64,000 nt of DNA from Gammaproteobacteria bacterium (GCA_020029535.1 JAIBJM010000001.1:35705-99704); one strand, 5' to 3'. Counted from the stretch's first letter, positions 49,864 to 60,000 are shown. A program made the numbers and translations. Notes: generated by a model from the letters alone, not told the origin.

Positions 49864-51366
49864 ATGTCAGCAACACCCTACCAGCAACTCGAAGCCGAAT
49901 GGCGCCGGCTGCATGCCTTTCGCGGCGCGCTGTCGCTGCTGCGCTGGGATGCGGCCGTGATGATGCCGCGCGGCAGTGCCGATGTGCGCGGCGAGCAGGT
50001 GGCGGCACTGGAGACCGAGCATCACGCACTGCTGACGGCGCCGAAGATCACCCGCTTGCTGGACCGGGCCCAGGCCAATGCCGCCGGACTGGAAGACTGG
50101 CAGCTGGCCAACCTGCGCGAAATGCGCCGGCAGCGCGATCATGCTATTGCCACGCCGGTGATGCTGATCTCGCGGCTGGCCAGGGCCACCGCGCGCGCCG
50201 AGTCGCATTGGATGGAGGCGCGTCGCCAGAACAACTACGCCTTGTTCGCGCCGCATCTGGAAGAGGTGGTGCTGCTGGTGCGCGACAAGGCCGCGCTGCT
50301 GGGGCAGGCGCTGAATCTGCCGCCCTACGATGCGCTGGTCGATGAATACAGTCCCGGCATTACCACCGCAGACATCGACGCCATCTTCAGGAGCCTGTCC
50401 CGCAAGCTGCCGACGATGACACGCGAGGTCATCGCCGCGCAGGCCGATCAGGAGCAGCCACCGCTGAGCGGCCGCTTTGCGGCCGGCAAGCAGCGCGCGC
50501 TGGTGGTCGAAGTAATGAAGGCCATCGGCTTTCCATTCGACCGTGGCCGGCTTGATGAGAGCGAACATCCGTTCACCGAAGGCGTGTCCGGCGATATCCG
50601 CATCACCACGCGCTTCGACGCCGCCGATCCGTTCACCGGTCTGCTGGGCGCGCTGCATGAGACCGGGCACGCCATGTACGACCTCGGCATGCCACAGGCC
50701 TGGCGCGATCAGCCGGTGGGACGCGACCGCGGTATGGCACTGGAGGAGAGCCAGTCGCTGTTGCTGGAGATGATCGTTGGCCGCAGTCGCGCCTTCGTCA
50801 AATACCTGCAGCCGCTGTTGGTCAGGCACTTCGTCGTCAGCGGGCCCGAATGGGAGCTTGAGGCCATTTACAAGCGGCTCAACCGTGTAACGCGCGGACT
50901 GATCCGCGTCGATGCCGATGAGATGAGCTATCCGCTGCACGTGCTGCAGCGTTACGACATCGAGCGTCAGCTGCTGTCGGGGCAGCTGGCGGTGCGCGAT
51001 CTGCAGCAGGTATGGGATGTGGGCATGGAACAGCGCTTCGGCGCGCGCCCCGCCGGCGTCACCGATGGCTGCCTGCAGGATATCCATTGGGCGCTGGGTT
51101 CGTTCGGCTACTTCCCCTCCTATGTGTTGGGCGCGGTGATTGCGGCGCAGCTGTGGGAAAGCCTGCGTGCGCAGGTCGAGGGCCTGGACGGGCAGCTTGC
51201 GCGCGGCGAATTCGGCGGACTGTTCGACTGGCTGCGCGAACATGTGCATGGCTTCGGCGCCAAGCTGCCGGTGAAGGAGCTGGTCAAGCAGGCCACTGGC
51301 CACGCGCTGGGCGCCAATGCCCTGTTACGCTATCTCGAAAGCAAGTATCTGGAGCGCAAGGCATGA
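49864..51366 (+). CDS. M32 family (Taq-type) metallocarboxypeptidase
   Basis: [23 protein letters not shown] (HExxH) and GLIRVDADE. Confidence 0.9.
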   Translation: MSATPYQQLEAEWRRLHAFRGALSLLRWDAAVMMPRGSADVRGEQVAALETEHHALLTAPKITRLLDRAQANAAGLEDWQLANLREMRRQRDHAIATPVMLISRLARATARAESHWMEARRQNNYALFAPHLEEVVLLVRDKAALLGQALNLPPYDALVDEYSPGITTADIDAIFRSLSRKLPTMTREVIAAQADQEQPPLSGRFAAGKQRALVVEVMKAIGFPFDRGRLDESEHPFTEGVSGDIRITTRFDAADPFTGLLGALHETGHAMYDLGMPQAWRDQPVGRDRGMALEESQSLLLEMIVGRSRAFVKYLQPLLVRHFVVSGPEWELEAIYKRLNRVTRGLIRVDADEMSYPLHVLQRYDIERQLLSGQLAVRDLQQVWDVGMEQRFGARPAGVTDGCLQDIHWALGSFGYFPSYVLGAVIAAQLWESLRAQVEGLDGQLARGEFGGLFDWLREHVHGFGAKLPVKELVKQATGHALGANALLRYLESKYLERKA

Positions 51367-52160
51367 CTGTTGCCACGGTGCAGGATTCAGCCACGCTGCG
51401 CCGTCTGGGCGCACGGCTGCGCGGCCTGGTGGGCAAGGCCATCCAGGACTACGCCATGATCGAAGCGGGCGACCGCGTGATGGTGTGCCTGTCGGGCGGC
51501 AAGGATTCGTACACGCTGCTCGATCTGCTGCTGTCGCTCCAGCGCAGCGCGCCGGTGCGCTTCGAACTGCTGGCGGTGAATCTCGACCAGAAGCAGCCCG
51601 GCTTCCCGGCGCATGTGCTGCCCGACTATCTGCAGTCGCGCGGCGTGCCGTATCACATCATCGAGCAGGACACCTACAGCGTGGTCAAGCGCCTGATTCC
51701 CGAAGGCCGCACCATGTGCTCGTTGTGCTCGCGCATGCGCCGCGGCGCGCTGTATCGCTACGCCAACGAGAATGGCATCAGCAAGATCGCGCTGGGGCAT
51801 CATCGCGACGACATCGTCGAGACGCTGTTCCTGAATCTGTTCCACGGCGGCCGGCTCAAGGCCATGGCACCGAAGTTGCGCTCTGACGACGGACGGCATG
51901 TGGTGATCCGCCCGCTGGCCTACGTGGCCGAGCGCGACATTGTGCGCTATGCGCGCGGCCGGCAGTTTCCGCTGATTCCCTGTGACCTGTGTGGTTCGCA
52001 GCAGAATCTGCAACGCGTACAGATCAAACGCATGCTGGCGGAGTGGGAGCAGCAGCATCCGGGTCGCACCGAATCGATATTCTCGGCGCTGCGCAATGTG
52101 CAGGCCGCGCATCTGGCCGATACCACGCTGTTCGACTTCACCAGCGAGATCGCCAGGTGA
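51363..52160 (+). CDS. ttcA: tRNA 2-thiocytidine(32) synthetase
   Basis: PP-loop CLSGGKDS and cysteine pairs [10 protein letters not shown] and CDLCGSQ. ATGA overlap with the carboxypeptidase gene. Confidence 0.92.
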   Translation: MTVATVQDSATLRRLGARLRGLVGKAIQDYAMIEAGDRVMVCLSGGKDSYTLLDLLLSLQRSAPVRFELLAVNLDQKQPGFPAHVLPDYLQSRGVPYHIIEQDTYSVVKRLIPEGRTMCSLCSRMRRGALYRYANENGISKIALGHHRDDIVETLFLNLFHGGRLKAMAPKLRSDDGRHVVIRPLAYVAERDIVRYARGRQFPLIPCDLCGSQQNLQRVQIKRMLAEWEQQHPGRTESIFSALRNVQAAHLADTTLFDFTSEIAR

Positions 52161-53659
52161 GTCGAGCGCCGTTGGCCAACAGCTACTGGGTGATCGAAGG
52201 CCGCTTGCTGGCCGGCGAGTATCCGCTCGGACTGGAGTTTGCCAGTGGCGGGCAGGTGGCAGCGTTGCTGGCAGCCGGCATCGACTGCTTCATCGATCTC
52301 ACCGAACCCGGCGAATGTCCGCCCTACAATCAGCTGCTGCCTGCCACGGTGGACTATCTGCGCAAGCCGATTCCGGACCATCGTCTGCCGCGCCGGATCG
52401 GGCACATGCGCGAGATCCAGTTCGAGATCGGTTCTGCGCTGGCGGCGGGAAAGCGCATCTATCTGCATTGCCGTGCCGGTGTGGGACGCACCGGCATGGC
52501 GGCGGGCTGCCATCTGGTGGAACGCGGCATGGACGGCGACGCCGCGCTGGCTGAGCTCAATCGGTTGTGGCCGCAGAGCGCACGCTCCGCAGATTGGAAC
52601 TCGGTTCCGCAGACGCCGCAGCAGGCCGACTATGTGCGCGACTGGGTGCCGCACCGGCGTACCCATGCAGACATCGACGAGCTGGCTGGGGCCGATATCA
52701 GTAGCACCGAGCTGGGTGTGGTGCGTTCGCTGCGCGAGCGGTATCTGGGTGCCATGATGGGCCTGGCCGTGGGCGATGCGCTGGCGGCGGCGACCCAGTA
52801 TCGGCGTGCCGGGAGCTTTGCTCCGGTGGGTGACATGCTCGGCGGCGGCCCGTTCGATCTGCCGCGCGGCGCCTGGAGCGACGATACGGCGATGGCGCTG
52901 TGCCTGGCCGACAGCCTGACCGAAAAAGAGGCTTTCGATCCGCGCGACCAGCTCGAACGCTATGTGCGTTGGCAGACCCGGGGCTACCTGACGTCCACTG
53001 GTCAGTGCGTGGGTATTACCGCAGCCACCTCGCGTGCATTGGCCAGCGCGCAGTGGCGCCGACAGCCCTTCGCCGGCTCGCATGATCCCACCCAGGTTGA
53101 TGCCGAACCACTGTCGCGCGTCGCGCCGGCGGTGCTGCATGCATGGGGCGATCTGCCGCGTGCGTTGGTGCAGGCCGCCGATGCGGCACGCATCACCTGT
53201 CAGGCGCCGCTGGTGCTGGATGGTTGCAGGCTGCTGGCTGCGATGCTGCACGCTGCGCTGCGCGGCGAGAGCCGTGCATCGCTGTTGCGTCCGGCCGCTG
53301 CACAATTCTCTGCGCGTCCGCTGAAGCCTGAAGTGGCTGTGTTGATCACCGCAACCATTGACGAGGCGCCGGCCACTACTGGCCCGGGCAATGTGCTGAC
53401 AGTGTTACAGCAGGCGCGCTGGGCGCTGGGCAGTACCAACAGCTTCCGCGCCGGTGCGCTGCGGGCCATCAACCTGGGCGGCAACTCCGATGTGGTGGGC
53501 GCGGTGTATGGTCAGCTGGCCGGCGCGCACTATGGCGTCAATGCCATTCCCGGCAGCTGGCGCGCCGCGCTGGCACACTCCGCGCAGATCGAGTTGCTGG
53601 CAGACCGTCTGCTGGCATTGGCGCTGGAACGCATCGGCAGCACGGAGCCGGCGCCGTGA
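52157..53659 (+). CDS. Fusion protein: dual-specificity/PTP-like phosphatase domain + ADP-ribosylglycohydrolase domain
   Basis: GTG start overlapping the ttcA TGA (GTGA). The N-domain carries [11 protein letters not shown] (CX5R). The C-domain carries [20 protein letters not shown] and [20 protein letters not shown]. Confidence 0.8.
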   Translation: MSRAPLANSYWVIEGRLLAGEYPLGLEFASGGQVAALLAAGIDCFIDLTEPGECPPYNQLLPATVDYLRKPIPDHRLPRRIGHMREIQFEIGSALAAGKRIYLHCRAGVGRTGMAAGCHLVERGMDGDAALAELNRLWPQSARSADWNSVPQTPQQADYVRDWVPHRRTHADIDELAGADISSTELGVVRSLRERYLGAMMGLAVGDALAAATQYRRAGSFAPVGDMLGGGPFDLPRGAWSDDTAMALCLADSLTEKEAFDPRDQLERYVRWQTRGYLTSTGQCVGITAATSRALASAQWRRQPFAGSHDPTQVDAEPLSRVAPAVLHAWGDLPRALVQAADAARITCQAPLVLDGCRLLAAMLHAALRGESRASLLRPAAAQFSARPLKPEVAVLITATIDEAPATTGPGNVLTVLQQARWALGSTNSFRAGALRAINLGGNSDVVGAVYGQLAGAHYGVNAIPGSWRAALAHSAQIELLADRLLALALERIGSTEPAP

Positions 53660-54681
53660 GTTCGCAGCGGGTGCTGATGGTGGTGCACAGCAGTCTGGTG
53701 CCGCCCGAGAGTCTGGAGGGTTACACCGAGCGCCAGATCGACGAATGGCGCACCGAATACGACGTGGTCTCGACGCTGCGCCAGGCCGGACATCGCATCC
53801 AGGTGCTGGGTGTGCTGGATTCGCTGACCGAACTGCGCGCCGCGCTGATGGATTCGCCGCCGGACATCGTGTTCAACCTGCTGGAAGAGTTCAACGGCAT
53901 CGTCACCTACGACCAGCATGTGGTGGCCTTCCTCGAGCTGATGCGCCAGCCCTATACCGGCTGCAATCCGCGCGGTCTGCTGCTGGCGCGCGACAAGGTG
54001 CTGTGCAAGCAGTTACTGGCCTTTCACCGCATACCCACGCCGCAATTCGCGGTGTTCCGTCGCGGCGAGCGCTTTCATGTACCGCGCCGGCTGCGTTTCC
54101 CGCTGTTCGTCAAATCGGCCACCGAGGATGCCTCGCTGGGTATTGCGCAGGCCTCGGTGGTCGACGACGCGTCAAAGCTGCGCGAGCGCGTGCAGTTCAT
54201 GCACGAACAGATCCGTTGCGATGCGCTGGTGGAGGAATACATCGAGGGGCGCGAACTGTACGTCAGCGTGCTCGGCAACCAGCGGCTGACCAGCCTGCCG
54301 GTGTGGGAGATGCACTTCGGCAGCCTGCCGGACTCGCTGCCGGCCATCGCCACGCGCAAGGTGAAGTGGGATCGCAGCTACCAGCAGAAGTACGGCATCA
54401 GCACCGGTGGCGCGCAGCATGTGGAAGCAGCGCTGCTGGAGCGCATCGACCGTATGGCGCGGCGCATTTACCGGGCATTGCATCTGTCCGGCTATGCGCG
54501 CATCGATTTCCGTCTGCGCGGCGATGGCGCGCTGTACGTGCTGGAGGCCAATCCGAATCCCAATGTGGCGCGTGCCGAGGATTTTTCGGCTGCCGCAGCG
54601 GCAGCGGGCGTTGACTATCCCCAGCTGCTTGAGCGCATCATGCGACTGGGGCGCAGCTATCGGGCCGAGTGGCGCAACTGA
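53656..54681 (+). CDS. ATP-grasp enzyme of the D-alanine--D-alanine ligase-like family
   Basis: 341 aa. GTGA overlap with the upstream gene. ...ARDKVLCKQLL...PLFVKSATEDASLGI...VEEYIEGRELYVSVLG...YARIDFRL...YVLEANPNP. Confidence 0.78.
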   Translation: MSSQRVLMVVHSSLVPPESLEGYTERQIDEWRTEYDVVSTLRQAGHRIQVLGVLDSLTELRAALMDSPPDIVFNLLEEFNGIVTYDQHVVAFLELMRQPYTGCNPRGLLLARDKVLCKQLLAFHRIPTPQFAVFRRGERFHVPRRLRFPLFVKSATEDASLGIAQASVVDDASKLRERVQFMHEQIRCDALVEEYIEGRELYVSVLGNQRLTSLPVWEMHFGSLPDSLPAIATRKVKWDRSYQQKYGISTGGAQHVEAALLERIDRMARRIYRALHLSGYARIDFRLRGDGALYVLEANPNPNVARAEDFSAAAAAAGVDYPQLLERIMRLGRSYRAEWRN

Positions 54682-54702
54682 ATGGAGTCGGGGAACTCAG
54701 GC

Positions 54703-55350
54703 ATGCATACGAAGTTGATGGTATTGACACTGGCGCTGTTGCTGTCGGCCTGCGCCAACCAGCAGAAGTTGCGGCAGGCTGAACTGGATCAGCTGGTGGC
54801 CGTGCTGCCCGGCATTTACGACAACGGCGCGCAGGCGCGTGCCGACGCCGCCTCCGGCGTGACGCCGCCGCATGCCGCGCTCAATCTGCTGATCACGCCT
54901 TTTTACGCGCCGGCACTGGGCGAACACGTGTTCCATGTGCGCGAGACCGCTGCCGATGATGCGCGCCGGCTGATCTCGCAGCAGATCTGGACGCTGGCGG
55001 TGGTGGACAAGCAGCGCATAGTGCAGAGCATCCACCTGCTGGCCGAGCCGGAACGGTGGCGCACCGGCAATCCCGAGCTGTTCCGCTCATTGATGGCGCG
55101 CGACGTCCGGCCGCTGAGCGGCTGCGAGCTGGTGTGGCAGAAGACCGCCGAGGGCTTCAGCGCCGCCAATCAGCGCGCCAGCTGTCGTGCCAATTCGCGC
55201 GTTGATGATGAGGTGGTAACGGTGGAGCATCGCGTCGAGCTGCGCAACGATGAATTGGCCATCAGCGAGCGTCATTTCGATGGCGCGGGCAGGGCGGTGG
55301 CCGGCACCGAGGCCGATCCGTACTACCGGTTCGTGATCAGGAGGCGCTGA
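54703..55350 (+). CDS. CpcT/CpeT-like (lipocalin-fold) lipoprotein
   Basis: Lipobox LLLSAC. ...LPGIYDNGAQA... and the length resemble non-cyanobacterial CpcT/CpeT (DUF1001) homologues. Tentative. Confidence 0.45.
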   Translation: MHTKLMVLTLALLLSACANQQKLRQAELDQLVAVLPGIYDNGAQARADAASGVTPPHAALNLLITPFYAPALGEHVFHVRETAADDARRLISQQIWTLAVVDKQRIVQSIHLLAEPERWRTGNPELFRSLMARDVRPLSGCELVWQKTAEGFSAANQRASCRANSRVDDEVVTVEHRVELRNDELAISERHFDGAGRAVAGTEADPYYRFVIRRR

Positions 55351-55812
55351 ATGATCGACGCCGCTGCCACTACCATCGCCGGCATCCAGACCATTGCCGA
55401 AGTGATCCGTCTGGCAGTGGCGCCGGTGTTCCTGCTCTCGGGTGTCGGCATCATGCTGACGGTGCTGACCAACCGTCTGGCGCGCGCCGTGGATCGGGCG
55501 CGCGTGCTGGAGGGGCGCAGCGCGCAGGCGCCGCATGAGCCGGTGGACGGCGACGTGCTGCGTCAGCTCAGGGTGCTGGCAAAACGGGCGCGGTTGCTGA
55601 GTGCGGCGATCACGCTGCTGACGGTGTGCGCGCTGCTGGTCTCGATGGTGGTGGTGATGCTTTTCATGGCGGCGTTTTTCGATTTCGGTGTGGTGCGTAC
55701 CATCGCCGTACTGTTCATTGCCGCCATGATTGCCTTCGTCATCGCGCTGCTGTACTTCCTGCGCGAGATCTTCATTGCCACTGCGGCCATCCGCGTTGGC
55801 ATCCGCCGCTGA
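55351..55812 (+). CDS. DUF2721-domain membrane protein
   Basis: The ATG abuts the upstream TGA and sits behind AGGAGG. ...LAVAPVFLLSGVGIMLTVLTNRLARAVDRARVLE... plus C-terminal TM helices. Confidence 0.65.
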   Translation: MIDAAATTIAGIQTIAEVIRLAVAPVFLLSGVGIMLTVLTNRLARAVDRARVLEGRSAQAPHEPVDGDVLRQLRVLAKRARLLSAAITLLTVCALLVSMVVVMLFMAAFFDFGVVRTIAVLFIAAMIAFVIALLYFLREIFIATAAIRVGIRR

Positions 55813-56121
55813 CTACTTCTTGTCGTGCGGCGGGATGGCGTACTTGCCGGTGGCTTCTTCTGCGCGGTTCTTCTCGACCTGGCGCTTGGCGCGAATCCAG
55901 TTCGACAGCTCGCGCAGATCGCGTTGCTGTGAGAAGGTGCCCGGAGATGAGGTGTTCGGGAAGGTGTCGTACGGGTTGTAGCCCGCGCCCTTGCCGGTCG
56001 CGGCGCGCAGGCCGCGCATCCGCTGCGCCACAGTATCTTCGAGCGACAGCTTCTGCATTTTGACCGTGTCGCCTTCCTCGTCGTTCCCGAGGTGATGGAG
56101 CTTGAAAGTGTCTGGTTTCAT
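55813..56121 (-). CDS. Hypothetical 102-aa charged protein
   Basis: ATGA overlap with the upstream NUDIX gene. No family recognised. Confidence 0.45.
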   Translation of the reverse strand: MKPDTFKLHHLGNDEEGDTVKMQKLSLEDTVAQRMRGLRAATGKGAGYNPYDTFPNTSSPGTFSQQRDLRELSNWIRAKRQVEKNRAEEATGKYAIPPHDKK

Positions 56122-56642
56122 TCCGCCAATCTTGCCTGTGCTCTTAACAGACCCAACGCCGATTTTCCGTCGGCGATTTCGCCATTTGCTGCCTTTCGGC
56201 AGGCCTGTTCAAAGTTTAGCCAATGTACCTCGATCAGTTCTGCCTTTTCAGGTGACATATTGACGGAGTTCAAGTTCCTGGCGAGAAACAGATGCACTAT
56301 TTCAGTGAAAACCCCGGGGGAGGTGACATAAGCCCCCAGGCTTTGCCAGTTGCTGGCTTCGGTTCCGGCTTCCTCGATCAGCTCGCGCCGGGCGGTTTCC
56401 AGCGGCGGTTCGCCGGGCTCCAGCTTGCCGGCGGGCAGCTCCCAGACCCAGCCATTGGCGGCATGGCGGAACTGCCGCAGCAGGCAGACCCGGCCCTGAT
56501 CATCCAGCGCCACGGTGGCCGCGCCACCGGGATGGTGGATGATCTCCAGGTCGACGACATGGTCGTTCGGCAGCCGTACTGTTTCGACATTGACGGTGAT
56601 CACGCGGCCGGTGAACACAGTGCGCACTTTTTCGATGGTCAT
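56118..56642 (-). CDS. NUDIX hydrolase, ADP-ribose pyrophosphatase (NudF)-like
   Basis: Nudix box GKLEPGEPPLETARRELIEEAG. The N-terminal ...VFTGRVITVNVETVRLPNDHVVDLEIIHHPGGAATVAL is typical of ADPRases. Only the last 525 nt of ORF 56118..57734 are credible. Confidence 0.82.
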   Translation of the reverse strand: MTIEKVRTVFTGRVITVNVETVRLPNDHVVDLEIIHHPGGAATVALDDQGRVCLLRQFRHAANGWVWELPAGKLEPGEPPLETARRELIEEAGTEASNWQSLGAYVTSPGVFTEIVHLFLARNLNSVNMSPEKAELIEVHWLNFEQACRKAANGEIADGKSALGLLRAQARLAE

Positions 56643-56729
56643 GCCGTATGTTCCGTATTCGTTTGTTGCATGGCAAGAGCGTGAAGCAGGCCGGTGACTG
56701 GCGCTGCTGCGCACCTTTATATTCGCCAT

Positions 56730-58811
56730 ATGTCCACTGATCCGATCGCATTGCTCAATTCCGCGCAGAAGCGCGCCGCCACCTATGGCGAACCGCTGCC
56801 GGATCGCAAGGGCGTGAATGCGGGACCGCTGCTGGTCATTGCCGGCGCTGGCACCGGCAAGACCAATACCGTCGCGCATCGCGTCGCACACCTGGTGATG
56901 AACGGTGTCGACCCGGCGCGCATCCTGCTGCTGACCTTCACGCGTCGCGCTGCGCTCGAGATGCGCCGCCGCGCGCATGACATCGTGCGCCAGGCGCTGG
57001 ACGACACCCTGGGCAACAAGGCCCAGGTGGTGCTGCAGCGGCTGATGTGGGCCGGCACCTTCCATTCCATCGGCAACCGGTTGCTGCGTCACTATGCCGC
57101 GCATCTGAAGCTGGACCCGGGCTTCACCGTCATCGACCGTGGTGATTCGGCCGATCTGTTCGACACGCTGCGCCAGGAACTGGGCTACACCGAGCAGTTC
57201 CAGCGCTTTCCGCGCAAGGACGCCTGTCTTGCCATCTATTCCTGGCGCGTCAACACGCAGAAGTCCCTGAAGGAAACGCTGGAACAGCAGTTCCCCTGGT
57301 GCCAGAGCTGGGAAAAGGAGCTTTCGCAGCTGTGCCGCGCCTATGTGCAGCGCAAGCAGAAGTACGCGCTGCTGGATTACGACGATTTGCTGCTGTACTG
57401 GAACCTGATGATGTCCGAGCCGAAGCTGGCTGCGCATGTGGATGCCAACTTCGATCATGTGCTGGTGGATGAGTACCAGGACACCAACAAGCTGCAGGCC
57501 GATATCCTGAAGGCGCTGCGTCCCGACGGTCGCGGCATCACCGTGGTCGGCGATGATGCCCAGTCGATCTACTCGTTCCGCGCCGCCATGGTCGAGAACA
57601 TCCTGAATTTTCCCGACCAGTACCGGCCGCGCGCCGAGCTGATCACGCTGGCGCAGAATTACCGTTCGACGCAGCCGGTGCTGGACGCGGCCAATGCGGT
57701 ATTGGCCGATGCGCCGCGCCAGCATCGCAAGCATCTGCTTTCGGTGCGTGGCTCGGGCGCCAGACCCCTGTATGTGACCACCGAAGATCTGCAGTCGCAG
57801 GCCGAGTATGTGTGCGGCCAGATCCTCAAGCGCCGCGAGACCGGTGTGGCATTGCGCAAGCAGTCAGTGCTGTTCCGCAATGCCAGCGCCAGCGATGTGC
57901 TCGAAGTCGAGCTGATGCGACGCAAGATCCCGTTCGTGAAGTACGGTGGGCTGAAGTTCCTCGAGGCTGCGCACGTCAAGGATCTGCTGGCCGTGCTGCG
58001 CTGGGCCGACAACCCGCGGAATACGCTGGCCGGCTTCCGTGTGCTGCAGTTGCTCCCAGGCATGGGGCCGGCCAATGCGCGCAAGGCCATCGAACTGATC
58101 GAGGAACGCGGCACCATCAAGGCGTTGAGCGAATTCGCGCCGCCGGCCGCCGCGCGCATCGACTTGCCCAGACTGGTCAACCTGCTCAGCGCGCTCACCG
58201 AACCCGAACGCCCGTGGCCGGGGCAGCTGCGGCTGGTGCGCGAGTGGTACCAGCCGCACATGGAGCGGCTGTACGAGCATGTGCACACGCGCGTCGGCGA
58301 CATCGATCAGCTGGAGCAGCTCTCGGCGCACTATCCTTCACGCGAGCGCTTCATCACCGAACTGACGCTCGATCCGCCCAACGCTGCCGGCGATCTCTCC
58401 GGTGTGCCGCATCACGATGAGGACTATCTGGTGCTCTCAACGGTGCACTCGGCCAAGGGTATGGAGTGGGACACCGTTTACGTGCTGAACGTCGTGGATG
58501 GAAGTTTCCCATCCGAGTTCTCGACCGGCCGCGCCGAGCTGGTCGATGAAGAACGTCGCCTGCTCTACGTGGCCATGACCCGCGCCCGCGACGAACTGCA
58601 TCTGTGCGTGCCGCTGAAATTCCAGCTGACGCAGCAGCCGCGCGACGGCGACGGGCATGTGTACGGTGCTCGCAGCCGCTTCGTTACCGACAAGGTGCTG
58701 AAGTGCGTGGAGCAGACCTCTTTCCACGGCTCCACCTCGGGCGCTGATACACTGGCCGAAGCCCGGGCCGTGACGCTGGATGTCGGCGCCCGGCTGAAGG
58801 ACATGTGGTAG
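56730..58811 (+). CDS. UvrD/Rep/PcrA-family ATP-dependent DNA helicase
   Basis: GAGTGKTNT, LVDEYQDTN, VGDDAQSIYSFR, TVHSAKGMEWD and YVAMTRAR. Confidence 0.88.
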   Translation: MSTDPIALLNSAQKRAATYGEPLPDRKGVNAGPLLVIAGAGTGKTNTVAHRVAHLVMNGVDPARILLLTFTRRAALEMRRRAHDIVRQALDDTLGNKAQVVLQRLMWAGTFHSIGNRLLRHYAAHLKLDPGFTVIDRGDSADLFDTLRQELGYTEQFQRFPRKDACLAIYSWRVNTQKSLKETLEQQFPWCQSWEKELSQLCRAYVQRKQKYALLDYDDLLLYWNLMMSEPKLAAHVDANFDHVLVDEYQDTNKLQADILKALRPDGRGITVVGDDAQSIYSFRAAMVENILNFPDQYRPRAELITLAQNYRSTQPVLDAANAVLADAPRQHRKHLLSVRGSGARPLYVTTEDLQSQAEYVCGQILKRRETGVALRKQSVLFRNASASDVLEVELMRRKIPFVKYGGLKFLEAAHVKDLLAVLRWADNPRNTLAGFRVLQLLPGMGPANARKAIELIEERGTIKALSEFAPPAAARIDLPRLVNLLSALTEPERPWPGQLRLVREWYQPHMERLYEHVHTRVGDIDQLEQLSAHYPSRERFITELTLDPPNAAGDLSGVPHHDEDYLVLSTVHSAKGMEWDTVYVLNVVDGSFPSEFSTGRAELVDEERRLLYVAMTRARDELHLCVPLKFQLTQQPRDGDGHVYGARSRFVTDKVLKCVEQTSFHGSTSGADTLAEARAVTLDVGARLKDMW

Positions 58812-58830
58812 TCACACAAGGAGCAGGGAC

Positions 58831-58950
58831 ATGAGCAAGGGACTGGAACGCAAGAAGGAAGGCAAGAAAAAGCCGGCCAAGACTCTGCAGGAAAAACGTG
58901 CCGCAAAAAAGGAAAAGAAGGCCACGAAGGCGTTCATGCAGCAGCCCTGA
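58831..58950 (+). CDS. 39-aa lysine-rich basic mini-protein (not in the supplied ORF track)
   Basis: AAGGAG (58818-58823) lies 7 nt before the ATG. Product: MSKGLERKKEGKKKPAKTLQEKRAAKKEKKATKAFMQQP. Confidence 0.5.
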   Translation: MSKGLERKKEGKKKPAKTLQEKRAAKKEKKATKAFMQQP

Positions 58951-58959
58951 ACTGCCTCG

Positions 58960-60000
58960 CTACGGTGCAGCCGTCGATTTCCCGCCTGACTTCAGGTGGC
59001 GAAAGCCCACCAGCTGCTTCTGCTGCTCATCCCACAACCGGAAAGTCAGCGATCGAAGGCTCGACAGCAGGGTTACCGGTGGTACCTGCCTGAACAGCGG
59101 TTCGGCTTCGTGACAGCGCTGCAGGTTGTAGTTTGGAATATTCGGGCTCAGGTGATGAATGTGGTGGAAGCCGATATTGCCGGAGAACCAGCGCAGCACA
59201 GACGGCAGCTGGTGATAGGAACTGCCCCGCAACGCCGCGTCGACGTAATCCCAGTTTTCGTTGCGTTCCCAGTAAACGCCGGAAAACTGATGCTGCACAT
59301 AGAACAGCCATACGCCGACGGTGCCCGACAGCAACATCACGCCCAGCTGAATGATCAGATACGGCTTGAGTCCGAATACCGCGCTCATCGCAGCGGCCAT
59401 CAGCAGTAATGCCAGATTCATCCGGTGCACCGAGCGACGTTCGCGTTGGCCACCGCCGGTGGGGCTGAAGCGATTGATCACCAGAAACAGCAGCAGCGGC
59501 GCGATCAGGAACAGGATGAACGGATTACGCGTCAGCCGATAGGCGAGGCGTTTCCAGCGCGAAGCCTCCAGATACTCCTGCACCGTCAGTGTCCAGACAT
59601 CGCCGGTCCCGCGCCGGTCCAGATCGCCTGAAGTGGCGTGATGATTGCCGTGCTGCCAGCGCCAGCAGTGGTAGGGCGTGAAGGTCAGCAGGCCGGTCAG
59701 CCAACCCACCACATCGTTGGCGCGCTTCGAGCGGAAGAACGAACCGTGGGTGCAGTCGTGAAAGATGATGAACAGGCGCACCAGAAAGCCGGCGGCCAGC
59801 ACGATCAGTGGCACGGCCAGCCAGATGGAAACCTTCAGGCCCAGCCAGGCCAGATACCACAACAGCAGATAGGGCAGCAGCGTGTTGAGCAGTTGCCACA
59901 TGGCCCTGCCGAGCGATGGCTGGCGGTATTGCGCCACTGTCTGCTTCCAGGTCGAGCGGTTTCCCCCCACGGCGGCAGGGTTGGCAGAGGGTGCGTGCAT
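58960..60000 (-). CDS. Membrane fatty-acid desaturase
   Basis: Three His boxes: HDCTHGS, HGNHHA and HHIHHL. The start is set at ATG 60000. Confidence 0.87.
   Translation of the reverse strand: MHAPSANPAAVGGNRSTWKQTVAQYRQPSLGRAMWQLLNTLLPYLLLWYLAWLGLKVSIWLAVPLIVLAAGFLVRLFIIFHDCTHGSFFRSKRANDVVGWLTGLLTFTPYHCWRWQHGNHHATSGDLDRRGTGDVWTLTVQEYLEASRWKRLAYRLTRNPFILFLIAPLLLFLVINRFSPTGGGQRERRSVHRMNLALLLMAAAMSAVFGLKPYLIIQLGVMLLSGTVGVWLFYVQHQFSGVYWERNENWDYVDAALRGSSYHQLPSVLRWFSGNIGFHHIHHLSPNIPNYNLQRCHEAEPLFRQVPPVTLLSSLRSLTFRLWDEQQKQLVGFRHLKSGGKSTAAP

Noticed and set aside
56643-57734. The upstream two-thirds of the 538-aa ORF 56118..57734.
   Set aside because: Only the last 174 codons (from ATG 56642) encode a recognisable NUDIX protein. 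The rest is antisense to the UvrD-like helicase and is low-complexity.
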